Positions 1-13,185 of a stretch of 64,000 nt of DNA are shown here, piece by piece. The notes below the pieces were generated by a model. It did no database searches. It was not told where the DNA came from and saw nothing but the letters and a program-made list of their open reading frames with translations. The first letter of the stretch is position 1, and the number at the start of each line of letters is the position of its first letter. A program made the translations under genes and the position numbers. The DNA is taken from contig CM059432.1 in the NCBI GenBank assembly GCA_030390025.1, forward strand, positions 18,602,001 to 18,666,000, in the 5' to 3' direction. Origin of the DNA: Squalus acanthias. Its lineage: Eukaryota.

Positions 1-16
1 GATTCAGAGGATCAAG
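1..16 (+). CDS. Candidate 3' end of a host-gene exon (window edge)
   Basis: Strong donor AAG|gtgagt at 16/17; frame IQRIK ends phase 0 and is compatible with the phase-0 candidate exon at 4629. Confidence 0.35.
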
Positions 17-604
17 GTGAGTTTTTTTCAAGAGCACCGATGCTGCTGGAATAGATGGCAGCTGAAGCGATCTGCCAATGGTGAGAGAGCTTGCTCCAAG
101 GAGGTGACAGTGGATAGAGAGTTTACTCCAAACACTTTCAAACTGCATACAGCTCAAAAGTGTTTTTCAACTCCTGGAGGCTCAAGCTTCTGTCATTGGA
201 AAGTGACCAGCTGTGAAATGGTAGCTTTCATACCACTTTTGCAGCTGTCACCTATTCACAGCAATGGGGAGACATAGAGAACCCGACCTACTTCCCTGAC
301 GTGATCTCCGAATGATGTGAACCCCGTTAAAAAAGTGTGAAATAGTAGTTAACAAGCATTTAACAAGAATTTAACTTTCTTAAAAGCATCCACCCCCCCG
401 CTGCTTGGTGTCGGTTCTGTTCTGAAATCACAGACCCGGCACTTTGGAAACTTACATGGAGGCGGGTTCAGACCGGCTTCCCAATTGGAACTTTACAGCC
501 ATATGGGAACCCACACCCGTGTTAAATTGGAGATGAATCATAGGGGGTTACCATCGACAATCATGGACAAACCATCATCATTATCATCATAGAAAGTAGT
601 GAAA

Positions 605-860
605 CTGAATTCAATAAATCTGGTAATTTGTGGGTTCACACCTGAAAAAATGACCATGAAAGCCACTGATTGTTGTAAAAAAACCCTTGTTCACTAATGT
701 CCTTCAAGGAAGGCAACCTACCACCCTTACTTGGTCTGGCCTACATGTGACTCCAGTCCCACACTACTGTATATAGTTGACTTTTAATGTTCTCAGGGAA
801 ACTAGGGATGGACAATAAATACTGACTTATCAGTGTCACCCATGTCTCAAGAACAAATGT
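605..860 (+). mobile_element. Degraded SINE (5'-truncated) related to the tRNA-headed LINE at 50803-55376
   Basis: Body (aataaatctgg...gttcactaatgtcctt...ggaagg) matches 50925-51050; tail (actagggatggacaataaat) matches the LINE 3' end at 55309-55330. Confidence 0.7.
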
Positions 861-897
861 AAAGAAAGGGCACACAGCAGAGCGAATCTTTAATTCT

Positions 898-960
898 ATG
901 TTTCTCTCTCCACAGATGCTGCCTGACCTGCTGAGTATTTCCAGCATTTTCTGTTTTTAT
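898..960 (+). mobile_element. Penelope-like terminal repeat fragment
   Basis: tgtttctctctccacagatgctgcctgacctgctgagtatttccagcattttctgtttttat is nearly identical to 6107-6168. Confidence 0.75.
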
Positions 961-1169
961 AACATATGCATGTTCTTTGTTCTTGTGAGAGTTGAACAGA
1001 TTGTACCAAACGACTTTCATCATACTCAATGTTCTGCGAGCTCTATCTTGTGTGGAATAAAGCAGCTGACAAATTGAACCAAACGATGCCTCGCCTCGTG
1101 TTAACTCGGTCTGCCTTTGCAGAGATTGAGCGAGTACAACTGTGTGAGACACCAAGATCCAGTCCAGAC

Positions 1170-3135
1170 CACAAGGGAGTTTCATTATAAAGTTGCCAGA
1201 AAAAGCAGTCAGCCTGAGGATTGGGATCTTTTTAGAAATCAGCAAAGGGGGAACCAAGAAATTGATAAAGAAAGGGAAAATGGAATATGAGCACAAACTA
1301 GCGAAAAATATAAAAACGGATTGTAAAAGCTTCTATAGGTATGTGAAAAGGAAAAGACTGGCGAAGGTAAATGTAGGTCCTTTACAGTCAGAGACGGGAG
1401 AATTTATAATGGGGACTGAGGAAATGGCAGTGAAATTAAATAAATATTTTGTTTCTGTCTTCACGGAGGAAGACACAAAAAACCTCCCAGAAATACGAGA
1501 ACAAGTGTGTGATGAAAATGAGGAACTTAAAGAAATTATTATTAGTAAAAAACAGTGCAAGCAAAATTAATGGGACTAAAAGTCAATAAATCTCAAGGAC
1601 CGGATGACCTACATCCTAGGGTTTTGAAAGAGGTGGCCATTGGGATAGTGGACGCATTGGTTGTCATCTTCCAAAATTCTATAGATTCTGGACGGTTCCT
1701 GCAGATTGGAGGATAGCAAATGTAACCCTGCTATTTAAGAAAGGAGGGAGAGAGAAAACGGGGAACTACAAACCTGTTAGCCTCACATCAGTAGCTGGAA
1801 TCTATTATAAAGGAGTCAATAAGTGGGCACTTAGAAACTAATAGTAAGATTGGGCAGAGTCAACATGGATTTATGAAAGGGAAATCCTGTTTCACAAACC
1901 TATTTGAGTTCTTTGAGGATGTAACTAGTGGAGTAGACAAAGAGGAACCGGTAGATGTGGTGTATTTGGATTTTCAGAAGGCCTTCGATAAAGTCCCACA
2001 CAAGAGGTTGGTGAACAAAATTAGGGCACATGGAATTGGGGGTAATATACTAGCATGGATTGAGAATTGGTTAACAGACAGAAAACAAAGAGTAGGGATA
2101 AACGGGTCTTTTTCAGGATGGCAGGCTGTGACTAGTGGGGTACCGCAAGGATCGGTGCTTGGGCCCCAGCTATTCACAATCTATATCAATGATTTGGATG
2201 AGGGGACTAAATGTAACATTTCCAAATTTGCTGATGATACAAAGCTAGGTGGCAGTGTCAGTTGCGAAGAGGATGTGAAGAGGCTTCAAGGGGATCTCGA
2301 CAGGCTCAGTGAGTGGGCGAGAACATAGCAGATGGATTATAATGTGGATAAATGTGAAGTTATCCACTTTGGTAGAAAAAAACAGAAAGGCAGAGTATTT
2401 CCTAAATGGTGAAAGATTGGGGAATGCAGATGCTCAAAGGGAACCTGGGTGTCCTTGTACATGAGTCACTGAAAGTGAATGTGCAGGTGCAGCAAGCCAT
2501 TAGGAAGGCAAATTGTATGCTGGCCTTCATTACAAGAGGATTTGAGTACAGGAGTAAAGAAGTCTTACTCCAATTATATAGGGCCTTGGTGAGATCACAC
2601 CTGGAGTACTGTGTACAATTTTGGTCTCCTTACCCAAGGAAGGATATACTTGCCATAGAGGGAATGCAACGAAGGTTCACGAGATTGATTCCTGGGATGG
2701 CGGGACTGTTGTATGAGAAGAGATTGAGTAAACTAGGCCTGTATTCTCTTGAAATCAGAAGAATGAGAGGGGATCTCATTGAAGCATACAAAATTATTAC
2801 AGGGCTTGATAGGGTGGATGCTGGGAGAATGTTTCCCTTGGCTGGGGAGTCTAGAACCAGGGGCCACAGCCTCAGGATAAAGGGTAGGCCATTCAGGACT
2901 GAGATGAGAAGACATTTCTTCACACAGAGGATGGTGAATCTTTGGAATTCTCTACCCCAGAGGGCTGTGGAGGCTCAGTCATTGGGCATATTCAAAACAG
3001 AAGTCGATAGATTTCTGACTAGTAAGGGCATCAAGGGATATGGCGATAAGGCCGGTGAATGGAATTGAGGCAGAAGATCAGCCATGATCTCATTGAATGG
3101 CGGAGCAGGCTCGAAGGGCCAAATGGCCTGCTCCA
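1170..3135 (+). mobile_element. CR1 LINE, 5'-truncated ORF2 (RT) pseudogene plus 3' UTR
   Basis: [54 protein letters not shown] motifs in frameshifted ORFs 1193, 1873 and 2406. Confidence 0.95.
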
Positions 3136-3311
3136 GTGTCTACCGTATTAGTAGGTATAGGGCAGTGGGAGTCTACCTCAACAAGAAGCAGGTGCTCAGA
3201 GTGCTTATAGAAGAAACTCACAACATTGAACCAAGTAGCTGTTTGCTGCAGACCCGAATTTGTAACAATAGGTAAAAAAGGGGGAGGAGTAGTGGTATGA
3301 ATTATGACAAT

Positions 3312-4088
3312 GGGCTGGATTTTGCCAATGGGGAGCTTTTGGAGGTGGGACTCCCACTTGTCGGGTTTCAGTCCCGCCTCCATCAACTTCTGGCCAACCC
3401 ACGCTATTTTCCCTTGATTGACCTTGTTAAGCCTGCCCAGCGGGCTTAGCAGGCCAATTAAGGGAAAGCCGGTTACAGAGAAGGTCAACGTGAAGCTGTG
3501 AAACACAGATATTCTCTGTAGTTTGATGAGTTCTTGAATTCAAGACCTCATCAAACCTCTTTCTTTTGCAGAAATTAGATGGTTGTTGCATTGGAGAATG
3601 CAACGGCCGTCTGTCATCTCTGCCACGGAGGTGCGAGACTCTCCGCATACTCACCGATTGAAGCCTGCAGGAAGAAACAAAGGTAAGTAAACTTTTTCTA
3701 ACACTTTCCACTTGCCTCAGATACTCACCTCTCCACACTTGCACCCATCACTTACCTTCACAGTGCACTTTTGGACCTCTCCGACCCCCGCAGAACCACT
3801 GCTCGCCTCGGTGACCCTGGCAGGGTTCGGAGCCTTCGGGAAGCCCGCACTTGTGTGGGTAAAATGGGGATAATCCTCTTATCTGTCTGTTAACTACCTG
3901 TTAACAGGCAGATAAGTGGCACTAATCCCCTTCCCGCCTCCAAGGAGACGGGACCTGGCGCAGGTCGGCTACCCGCCTCTTGGCAAGATGACATGGAGGC
4001 GGGTTGGGCACCCGCCCCCCAGATTCTGCCATTTACCCAGCAGTCCCGCCTCCATACCTGCCTCCCCAGGGCTGGCAAGATCGCGCCC
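3312..4088. mobile_element. Harbinger-type non-autonomous DNA transposon remnant
   Basis: Imperfect TIRs GGGCTGGATTTTGC (3312) and GCAAGATCGCGCCC (ends 4088); GC-rich subterminal motifs; no clean TSD. Confidence 0.5.
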
Positions 4089-4628
4089 AAAGAGGCTGAA
4101 AATCTCTGGCACATTACGGCAGAAGTCTGTGCTCCCGTCCTGCGAGAGCATTGGAGGATTGGTACGTCAGGTGGGAGCAGGCTTACTGGCCTGTCCAATG
4201 GCATAAATGGACCCACCTGGAGGTGCAGGCCATAATCCAGGACAGTTTGTCCAATTTTTCTCAGCCCCTGTTACATCGCAGAATTTTATTTGACCATTTT
4301 GTCCACAAACAAAATTGGAAAAAAAGTTACATTTAAGTGTCATGTTTTAAAGCAAAGTATATTCACACAAGGTAAAAAAAACAATGCACTGAGTTAGTTA
4401 AAATGCTCCTGAGCTCGAATTTGACATTTTCCTCCTAAATTATAAGCAATTTGATAGCAAGTCTTGGCATCAATAAATACGTTACACTTATTGTGCTGGG
4501 AGCTCATTATCCTGGATGCTCTGCAGGGCCTGTCTGGCATAAGCCCTCCTTTTGGGTTTTGAACATGAAGGTAAAACAATAGAGATAGAAACAGAGATGC
4601 AGGTAATCAGTAAGGTTTTTTCAAACAG

Positions 4629-4682
4629 AAAGCAGTGAGGGCAGTCAAGTCCAGCAAAGGTTGCAAGACAGTTAGAATACAG
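4629..4682 (+). CDS. Candidate host-gene exon (KAVRAVKSSKGCKTVRIQ)
   Basis: ttttttcaaacag| acceptor, CAG|gtgagt donor, 54 nt, open in phase 0-0. Confidence 0.45.
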
Positions 4683-5570
4683 GTGAGTATTTAGGAGTTA
4701 TTTTGCTTCAGTCAAGCAAGATGACCCATTGATGTGGAGAAGCATGGCATGTTCATGATTTCATATTATTATGCGAAGACAAGTTGTACTGATTGAATTA
4801 AGTGAGACTGAGTATAACTGTTCCTCTGCATATTCATTTGTTGTGTGTGAAGTAAAGCAGCTTAAATGATTCGCATCTGTCTTAAGTTTACCAAGTGGTT
4901 GACCGTTGAAAAGATAGAAGAAGCACATCTGAGGGCATGTGTGAAAGAGATGATAGCCAGCTTGTGTATCACCTCCCCGGGTTATGCCATTGCATAAGTA
5001 GACACTGGGCAGTGTAAGGATGCAGGATCCATTTACAGGCATGGACTGATGCTCCTTGAATCCAAAGGTATCTGCAGGAGATCCAAATTTGTAACAGTTC
5101 CCTTTTAAAGGTACAGAAAGACATGAGTATGTAATCTTTCCTGGGGGAGCCTAGTTCTTCCCAGGGCCGGCATACTCTGCCTCCTGGAACGGGCGGGCAC
5201 CCGACCAAGAGGCACCCCTAGTGGTGTGGTGGCCCGCCAAATTTAGGTAAAATACCTCCCCCAGTGACACCGGAAATCACTGGTCAGCGGATCCCAAATT
5301 TTCATCAGGAACAAAAGCCTATGGAGTTTTTTTGCGACCAGTGTCAAGCACTGGAACTCAAGGATTTAAATAGAAATGTGATCCAAACAGAATATTTTGG
5401 ATCGAGCTGAGGAATAGCCACGGTGGTAGGAATACAGATTGTCAGAAAGTAGGAAGGAAATCAAGGATAAAACTAAAAGAAAATACTGCAGATGCTGGAA
5501 ATCTGAAATAAAAACAGAAAATGCTGGAGACACTCAGCAGGTCAGGCAGCATCTGTGAAGAGAGAAACAG

Positions 5571-5609
5571 AGTTAACGTTTCAGGTCGATGACCTTTCAT
5601 CAGAACTGG
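5571..5609 (-). ncRNA. Minimal hammerhead ribozyme motif (Penelope type)
   Basis: Minus strand reads ccagtt CTGATGA a aggtc-atc-gacct GAAAC gtt aact: conserved core, stem II, palindromic AACGTT stem III. Confidence 0.7.
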
Positions 5610-6066
5610 AAAAAGCAGGAAATGGAACAGATTTTAAAGCAAGTTTAGGGGCTGGAAAATGGGGGAGGGGATGAAAGAACAAAAGGGAATGTCTGTGATA
5701 GGATAAAAGGCAGGAGAATTAAAGAGACATTAAGAGATATTCAAGGCAAAAGGAGATGGTAATGGGACTCAGTCCCTATCATATATATATTTTTTATCCA
5801 CACTTTTTGTTTGTGGCTTTTGTTCTTCTCTCCCACATGGCAGCTGTCTTTCATTCTGCCAGCGCAATTCACACTTCATCTAGAGCCATCCTTTGTTTCT
5901 TAACCTGTCCCATTACCATCTCCTCTTACCTTGAATATCTCTTAATGTCTCTTTAATTCTCCTGCCTTTTAGCCTATCACAGACCTTCCCTTTTGTTCTT
6001 TCATCCCCTCCCCCCTTTCCCAGCCCCTAAACTTGCTTTAAAATCTGTTCCATTTCCTGCTTTATT

Positions 6067-6105
6067 CCAGTTCTGACGAAAGGTCATCGACCTGAAACGT
6101 TAACT
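6067..6105 (+). ncRNA. Minimal hammerhead ribozyme motif (Penelope type)
   Basis: ccagtt CTGACGA a aggtc-atc-gacct GAAAC gtt aact. Confidence 0.75.
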
Positions 6106-7624
6106 CTGTTTCTCTCTTCACAGATGCTGCCTGACCTGCTGAGTGTCTCCAGCATTTTCTGTTTTTATTCAAGGCTAAAACTTGTAGACACATCAGAGAG
6201 GCAGGTACGAACGATACAATTATAGTTATAAGGGATTCTAGTTATCCAGAAATAGATGGGAATAGGGAAAACGTTTGTGTCGAGCAAGGGGGAATTTTTT
6301 GGCAATGTGGTCGGGACTGATTTCTCAGTTAATGGGTTGCAACTGATAAGGAAAGAAATGCTCCGTCCTGACCTAGTTCTGGACAAAGAGGTGGAGCAAT
6401 TAGGTCAACAAAAAGTATGGGAATATTTGGGAAGCATTGACCATGACACAATGTGGTTCAGTGAAAGATAAAGGAAAAAGAAGATGAAAGGGTGCTTGCC
6501 CTCGAAAATAAGCAAATTATATTGAGATTAAAAAGGGTCCATGTCCGGATTCACTGGAAGAGAAAAATGGCTAATGGAACCATGGGTCAGCAGTAGGAAC
6601 TAATTATAGTGGTGATGGAAAGGGTAGAAATCAACTGCATTTCAGTAAGTAAAAAAAAAGGAGAATGGCAAATTAGAACGGAAGATTGTAGAAACCTGCA
6701 GGGAGACATTGATAGGCTAACAGGATGAGCAGATATGTGGTAGGTGCAGTTCATTGTAGAACAAGGGGAATACATTTCGGATATCTTAATGTTTCCTTTG
6801 GTAGGCACAATGATACTGAAAGAACACAAATTTAAGATAATTATAAAAATAATTGATTGGGAAGTTGGAAAAATCTTCTTTTCTCAGAGGGGGTTAGAAT
6901 GTAAAATGTTCTGCCACAAATCATTGTTGAAGCAGAGTCTATAATTTCTTTGAAAAGAGAATTAGGCTGTTGCTTGAAAAAGGAATTTTAACAATTATGG
7001 GGTGAGTAGGAGCGTTGGTTTGGACATGTGGAGAAAACATGGGGCTGACTTTAAACATACGCCCAAAACAGCCGCAAAGTCGGCAGCACATCCGCTGCAC
7101 TGCGCGAACCCTTCAGAATAAAAATAAAAACCCATTAGAATACAGTCAACAAGCTGCCCACTAATGTTCAATGAACAGCTCTCCGAACTGGAGAGCAGAA
7201 AATCTGACAGCTCCATGATTGTGATGAGCCAGGAAGTTTTGCTGCTCCTCCTGGCCAAACAAAAATTCCGCCCCCCCCCCCCCAACCACCCCCACTACCC
7301 CCCGCCCAAAAAAATCACCTTTGGGGAAGCCTCCTTTAAGGGCCGCTGGTTAGGCCGCTCACCAGCCGGTCCAAATGGGCAGAGCGATTTTCAAAAGCAA
7401 GCAGCCTCCCGCCTGTTTCGGGTGGGAGTGTTAGGTACCAATTTACAGGCCCGCCTGAAAATCGCATCGGGCGGGCCTTGGGCGTCTAAGGAGTGGCCGC
7501 TGTTTACCTGCCATTTTCAACCACTGGGCGGCACGTAAATATGGCCGACGGCAGGTGAAAACGGCCACCCACCACCGCAGACTCAATGAACCAAATGGCC
7601 TATTTCTGTGCTGCAACATTCTAT

Positions 7625-7800
7625 GATGGCTCGGCAGATTTATCCAATGAGTAACTGAGCCAACAAGATCCCAGGGATAATCTCTGGTTTGTGCGGAGTT
7701 CACCAAGGGCGGTACTAGAATTGGCTTTAGCACCCCTAGGATGGTGGGGGGGCGGGGGGGGTGGTGGCGGGAGAGGGGGGCAAGAAAATTAGTCAGAATT
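7625..7800 (+). mobile_element. LF-SINE-like fragment
   Basis: actgagcc...tcccaggg...tctggtttgtgcggagtt...aattggctttagcacccctagg...aaaattagtcag resembles the recalled LF-SINE 5' half. Confidence 0.5.
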
Positions 7801-7828
7801 CACAAAGAGGAGGTTTTTTTTATATATA

Positions 7829-10100
7829 GATAGGATTACATAGGATATACGGCACAGAAACAGACCATTCGTCCCAACCAGTCCATGCCGTTGTTAATGC
7901 TCCACTCGAGCCTCCTCCCGTCTTTACTCATCTAAATCTATCAGCATAACCCTCTATTCCCTTCTCCCTCATATGCTTGCCTAACCTCCCCTTAAATGCA
8001 TCTATACTATTCACTTCAACCACTCCCTGTAGTAGCGAGTTCCACATTCTCACCACTCTTTGGGTAAAGAAGTTTCTCCATGGCCTCGCGCCTCACTATC
8101 TCCTTCAGCCCCACAACTCCCCCAAGATATCTGCGCTCCTCTAATTCTGCCCTCTTGAGCATCCCTGATTATAATCGCGCAACCATTGGTGGCTGTGCCA
8201 TCTCTTGCCTAGGCACTTAAGCTCTGGAATTCCCTGCCTAAACCTCTCCGCCTCTCTACCTCTCTTCCCTTCTTTAAGACGCTCCTTAAAACCTACCTCT
8301 TTGACCAAGCTTTTGGTCACCTGCCCTAATTTCTCCTTATGTGGCTCAGTGTCAAATTTTTTGTCTTTTAATACTCCTGTGAAGCGCCTTGGGACCTTTT
8401 ACTATGTTAAAGGTGCTATATAAATACAAGTTGTTGTTGTTGAATTTCTTATTGGATTTCTTGGTGACTATCTTATATTGATGGCCTTTAGTTATGCTTT
8501 TCCCCACAAGTGGAAACATTTTTTCTGTATCCACCTTTCATAATTTTAAAGACCTCTATTAGTTCACCCCTCAGCCTTCCCTTTTCAACAGAAAAGAGAC
8601 CCAGCCTGTTCATGCTTTCCTGATATGTATACCCTCGCATTTTTGGTATCATCCTTCTAAATCTTCTCTGCACCCTCTCCAGTGCCTCTATATCCTTTTT
8701 ATAATATGGCAACCAGAACTGTACGCAGTACTCCACGTGTGGTCTAACCAAGGTTCGATACAGGTTTAGTATAACTTCCCTACTTTTCAATTCTATCCCT
8801 CTAGAAATAATCCCTAGTGCTTGGTTTGCTTTTTGTATGGCCTTGCTAACCTGTGTCGCAACTTTTAGTGATTTGTGTATTTGTACTCCGAGATCCCTTT
8901 GTTCCTCTACCCCACCTAGACTCGCACCCTCCAAGTAATAAGTGACCTCTCTATTCTTCCTACCAAAATGTAATACCTCACATTTATCTGTGTTGAACTT
9001 CATTTGCCCATTATATGCCCATTCTGCAAGTTTATTAATGTCCTCCTGTAATTTGTTGCAGTCCTCCTCAGTATTGACTATCCCCCCCCACTTTGGTGTC
9101 ATCCGCAAATTTAGAAATTGTGTTTTTGATTCCAAAGTCCAAATCATTAATATAAATTGTGAACAACAGTGGTCCCAGCACTGATCCCTGTGGAACACCA
9201 CTACCCACCTTCTACCACTGTGAATAGCTATCTTTTACCCCTACTCTCTGCTTTCTGTCTTGAAACCAGCTAGCTATCCATTCTGCTACTTGTCCCCTGA
9301 CTCCGCATTCTCTAACCTTGTTTATCAGCCTATTATAGGATACCTCATTGAAGGCCTTTTGAAAATCTAGATAAATTACTTCCACTGCATTACCATTGTC
9401 CACTCTCTCTGTTACCTCTTCAAAAAATTCAATGAGGTTGGTCAAGCAAGACTTTCCCTTTTGAAATCCATGCTGACTATTCATTACTATGTTTTTGGTT
9501 TCTAGATGTTCTTCTATTTTCTCCTTTAGTAGGGATTCCATTATTTTTCCTACCACCGATGTTAAGCTGACTAGTCTATAATTCCCTGGACATGTTCTAT
9601 CCCCCTTTTTAAATATAGATATTACGTTAGCTATCCGACAGTCCTCTGGCACCACACCTTTTTCTAACAAATTAGTAAATATGTGTAATGTCTCTGCTAT
9701 CTCTTCTCTAGATTCTTTTAAAATGCATGGATGCAATCCATCCGGACCAGGGCTTTTATCCCCTTTGAGTTTGATTAGTTTATTTAATATATCCCCTCTT
9801 TTTATTTTAAATGCACTTATCTCATCACTAATCTCATCATCCAATGTCATGTCCACCTGTTCTATCTCCCTGGTAAATATTGAAGCAAAGTAATTATTTA
9901 ATATTTCTGCTATCTCTCTATCATTACCTGTGGTATTATCCTGTCTATCCCTTAATGGCCCTATTCCCATCCCAACCTTCCCTTTTTTATTGATGTGCCT
10001 ATAAAATATTTTACTATTGATGTTCCTTGATAATTTAATTTCCTAGTTCCTCTTTGCCTCCCTAATTGTTGTTTTGACTTCTCTCCTAATCTCTTCATAG
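7829..10100 (-). mobile_element. CR1 LINE ORF2 pseudogene, interrupted by an L2 fragment
   Basis: ORFs 9212-9970 and 8488-9201: [32 protein letters not shown]. Confidence 0.95.
8076..8442 (+). mobile_element. L2 LINE 3' fragment with (GTT)n tail nested in CR1
   Basis: catggcctcgc...gctctggaattccct...aaaacctacctctttgaccaagc...aaggtgctatataaatacaagttgttgttgttg; CR1 sequence resumes either side. Confidence 0.8.
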
Positions 10101-10989
10101 TTGATAGTTGCAAAATAGCAAAGTGCTGCCAGAGGCAACAATGATAAGGGCAAGTGTCTTATAAAATGATGCTTTTGTTTTTTTTAAGAATCTAAAACAC
10201 CAGAAGGGCTTATACTGAGATTTTGCTCAGCAAGCTGAAGTCTGAAAATCAACTGTAAGCTCAATCAACCTGGGATCATGGTTACTCAGTGGTTTCATTT
10301 ATGTGGCAAAGTGGCAACCCTATCTGGGAGAAGGCTGCACAAGCATAAAAAATGTGTAAAGCTTTATTGCTGGTATTGAATATGGAATTTTATGGATTGT
10401 GAATGAACATTGGCTGCTTATGCTTCTAAACGTCCACAGAATAAATTGAATTTATATCCAAGTATGTGGCAGAATATCAAAGACTTGTTTGGAGTTGTGA
10501 CAAAAAGTAAGCATTTTTGGACAAAAATGGATTATATATTAGATTCTTTCTTGCTGATCACAGCACACCGTGGGCTGGAATTGGTGACTGTTAGTTATTT
10601 CTCCATGCTGCAGAGAATACACAATCCTCATCTCCTAAAACATAAGGATCAATGCGCATCTGAAGGATTGGCTAGGCCCAAACAAAAAGATGGTTAAGTG
10701 TGCCAACATCTGTTGAGTGCGCAGCCCATTAGCATTAGCTGTCTGAGTAATTGTCAATCTCCTGGAATCACAGATTGATCGAAGTGGTTGAAACAGATCT
10801 TTGGACTTCTCAGGAAGAACCAAGCCATTGCATTTAACAACAAGCATTCTGAGGGGCTGTTTACAATACCTTTGTTTGGCAGCTGTGTTTGCCATAAAGG
10901 TTGAGTGCAGTTGTCACCTTCACGGCCACAGACAGAGAAGAGCGGCCATGACTGCAGATCCTCATGCAGTAGGTTGCAGAGTTCTCCTA

Positions 10990-11925
10990 TTCTCAGGAGA
11001 GAAAAAGATCTTGGTGTTAATTGTGCACCAATCACTGAAGGTTCATGACCTCTGTAGAGAAACTAATGTGGAGCTAAAGCTAACAAGGTATTGGGTTGTA
11101 TTAATAGAACCATTCAGTATAAATCAAAGGACACCATTTTGACACTGTACGGGTCGCTGGTCAGACCGCATCTGGACTACTGTGCCCAGATTTGTTACCC
11201 CCCACACGGTGGGTGGTATAATGGCCTTGGAAAAGGTCCAGAGGAGAGCTACAAAAATGATTCCGAGCTTAAAGAACCGCAGCTACTCAGATAGGCTCAA
11301 GAACCGTGGTCTATTCACTTTAGAGCAGCGTAGACTTAGAGGCTACCTGATAGAGGTCTATCAAATAATTAAAGGGATGGAGAGTGTCCCTGTTGATAGA
11401 TTATTCCAGTCTAATAGACTGGGGAGGACCAGGGGACATAAGTTTAAACTATGTAAGAGTAGGAATAGACTGGATGTTGGGCGGTTCTTCTCTTCCTAGA
11501 GAATAGTGAGCCTCTGGAATGCATTGCTGGCTGGTGCGCTGGGTGCTGGCTCTCTGCCCGCCTTCAAGAGGGAGCTGAACCGGTTCCTGACTGGGGCAGA
11601 GATCGCATCGTCTAGAAGGTCAGTGTCTTTATAGATAGCACTCGGTCCATGTGATCTCCTGGAATGGCTTTGATCGCCTGAGGGGGTCGGAGATGAATTT
11701 TACAGGGTATTTTTTTTCCCATATTGGCGCTGGGTAGTTTCCTGTTTTTTTTGCCTCTCCCAGGAGATTACATGGCTATGGTGGTGGGTGTGAAGGGGGC
11801 GGGGGGGCGGAGGTAGGGAAGGGATATTTAGTCATGATGGGCAAGCCATTGTGGTGTGAGGTAGGTTTGATGGACAAGCGGGTCTTTTCCTGCTCGTAAT
11901 TTTCATATTTTCATATGTTCGTATT
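10990..11925 (+). mobile_element. CR1 LINE 3' fragment
   Basis: LVRPHLDYCAQ, LEKVQRRATKMIP, RRLRGYLIEVY, RTRGH. Confidence 0.9.
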
Positions 11926-12059
11926 AAATCTCTGCTGAAGCACTCTCTCCTTATCCACGTCTCCTCGCTAAGATCCTCATAGGACCTCTGTTGCCTGGAT
12001 GGGTGGTAATATCAGTTGGGGTGCAACTTGCTTACATGCTGCCTCAATCTCCTCTCCTC

Positions 12060-12278
12060 CATCTGAATGTGGAACTCACTACCACAAGGAGCAGTTGAGG
12101 CGAATAGCATCGATGCATTTAAGAGGAAGCTCGATAAACATGTGAAGGAAAAAGGAATAGAAAGTTATGCTGATAGCGTCAGATGAAGAGGGGTGGGAGG
12201 AGGCTCATGTGGAGTATAAACACCGGCGTAGACCCGATGGCCTGTTTCTGTGCTGTGCATTCGACGTAATTCTATGGA
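12060..12278 (+). mobile_element. CR1 3' end fragment
   Basis: tgtggaactcactaccaca...gatgcatttaagaggaagctcgataa...ggcctgtttctgtgctgt. Confidence 0.75.
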
Positions 12279-12919
12279 ATCCTCTGCTCCTCCTCCTCCT
12301 CCTTCTCCTCTAATATAATTGGTGTGAGTCAAAAGTTCTCAATTGTCTCCGACGATCAGAAGGAGTGAGAAGCAAGTGCAAGGCTGTGTAGGCAGAATGC
12401 CAAAAATAAGTTACTCCAAAAAGTAATTGCCAGCCGTAGAAATTGCTCGACAAACTCTCCCCACTCCTCAGTCTTCGGCACTGTCTCCATTCATCCTGAC
12501 AGCAGCTGTGCTTTAGAACTCTTCTAACTTACCCCGAGAGCATTGCAAACAGAAAGCCAGCAAATTTGGGCTGCAGCCCTCACTTAAATATAATGACCTC
12601 AGGACTCAGTGGGTGGATCGAAGGAAAGGCCAAAATGCGCGCGGGAATTTGGGGGAATCGAAACTGGGCTGGGGGGGAAGGGGGTGGAGGAAAACTGGCA
12701 GAAATGGCCTCCAGCCCATTTGGCTGCCAAAGATAAGGTAATGCCTCAATTCTACACTGAAAATGGCAGGGGAATTATGGGACCGATGCTTTTAGTCGTG
12801 GTTTTTGGAGTCCTTTCTTGATTTGCAACCTTTATTTCAAAATAAAATAAATTAAATGGGGAGAAATATAGGCCTTACTGTTAAGCAGAGTAATTTGCTG
12901 ATATGCTATGAATTTCCAG

Positions 12920-12983
12920 CAATGTCCCTTTGGGGTTCTGTCTGTATCATAATGATGAAGGATGAATATATAAAAAGCTCCAG
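12920..12983 (+). CDS. Candidate host-gene exon (MSLWGSVCIIMMKDEYIKSS)
   Basis: tttccag| acceptor, CAG|gtaact donor; only one open frame (phase 1 to 2). Confidence 0.35.
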
Positions 12984-13185
12984 GTAACTAACCTGCGTCA
13001 AAGTCTAATGAATGAGAAATTCATTAAAAAAAATCCGCCAGGTATTGTCAGCCCAGCTTTTTCTTGTTTGAAACGATTGGATTCAAAGGCTTATCAACCT
13101 GAAATCCAGATATCCCTGGAGGTCCTCAGAATAAATCAGCAATAATAACCTTTTAAATTAAGCCAGTCAGTGTTAACCATTTCAT

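Larger units (their letters stand above)
5475..6168. mobile_element. Penelope-like element, fold-back (inverted) terminal-repeat insertion
   Basis: Arms ~5505-5768 and ~5907-6168 are reverse complements; flanked by a 14-bp TSD TCAAGG(A/C)TAAAACT (5461-5474, 6169-6182); sits in an old degraded CR1. Confidence 0.85.

Noticed and set aside
1333..2923. Antisense ORFs over CR1 copies (also 27417, 33163, 63269 and others)
   Set aside because: Recurrent shadow frames of the RT coding sequence.
10564..10692. Possible additional exon (HRGLELVTVSYF...)
   Set aside because: Weak donor (G|gttaag) and no phase link to the 4682 donor.
12283..12311. Short (TCC)n tract as a relative of the giant array
   Set aside because: Ordinary microsatellite without Harbinger flanks.
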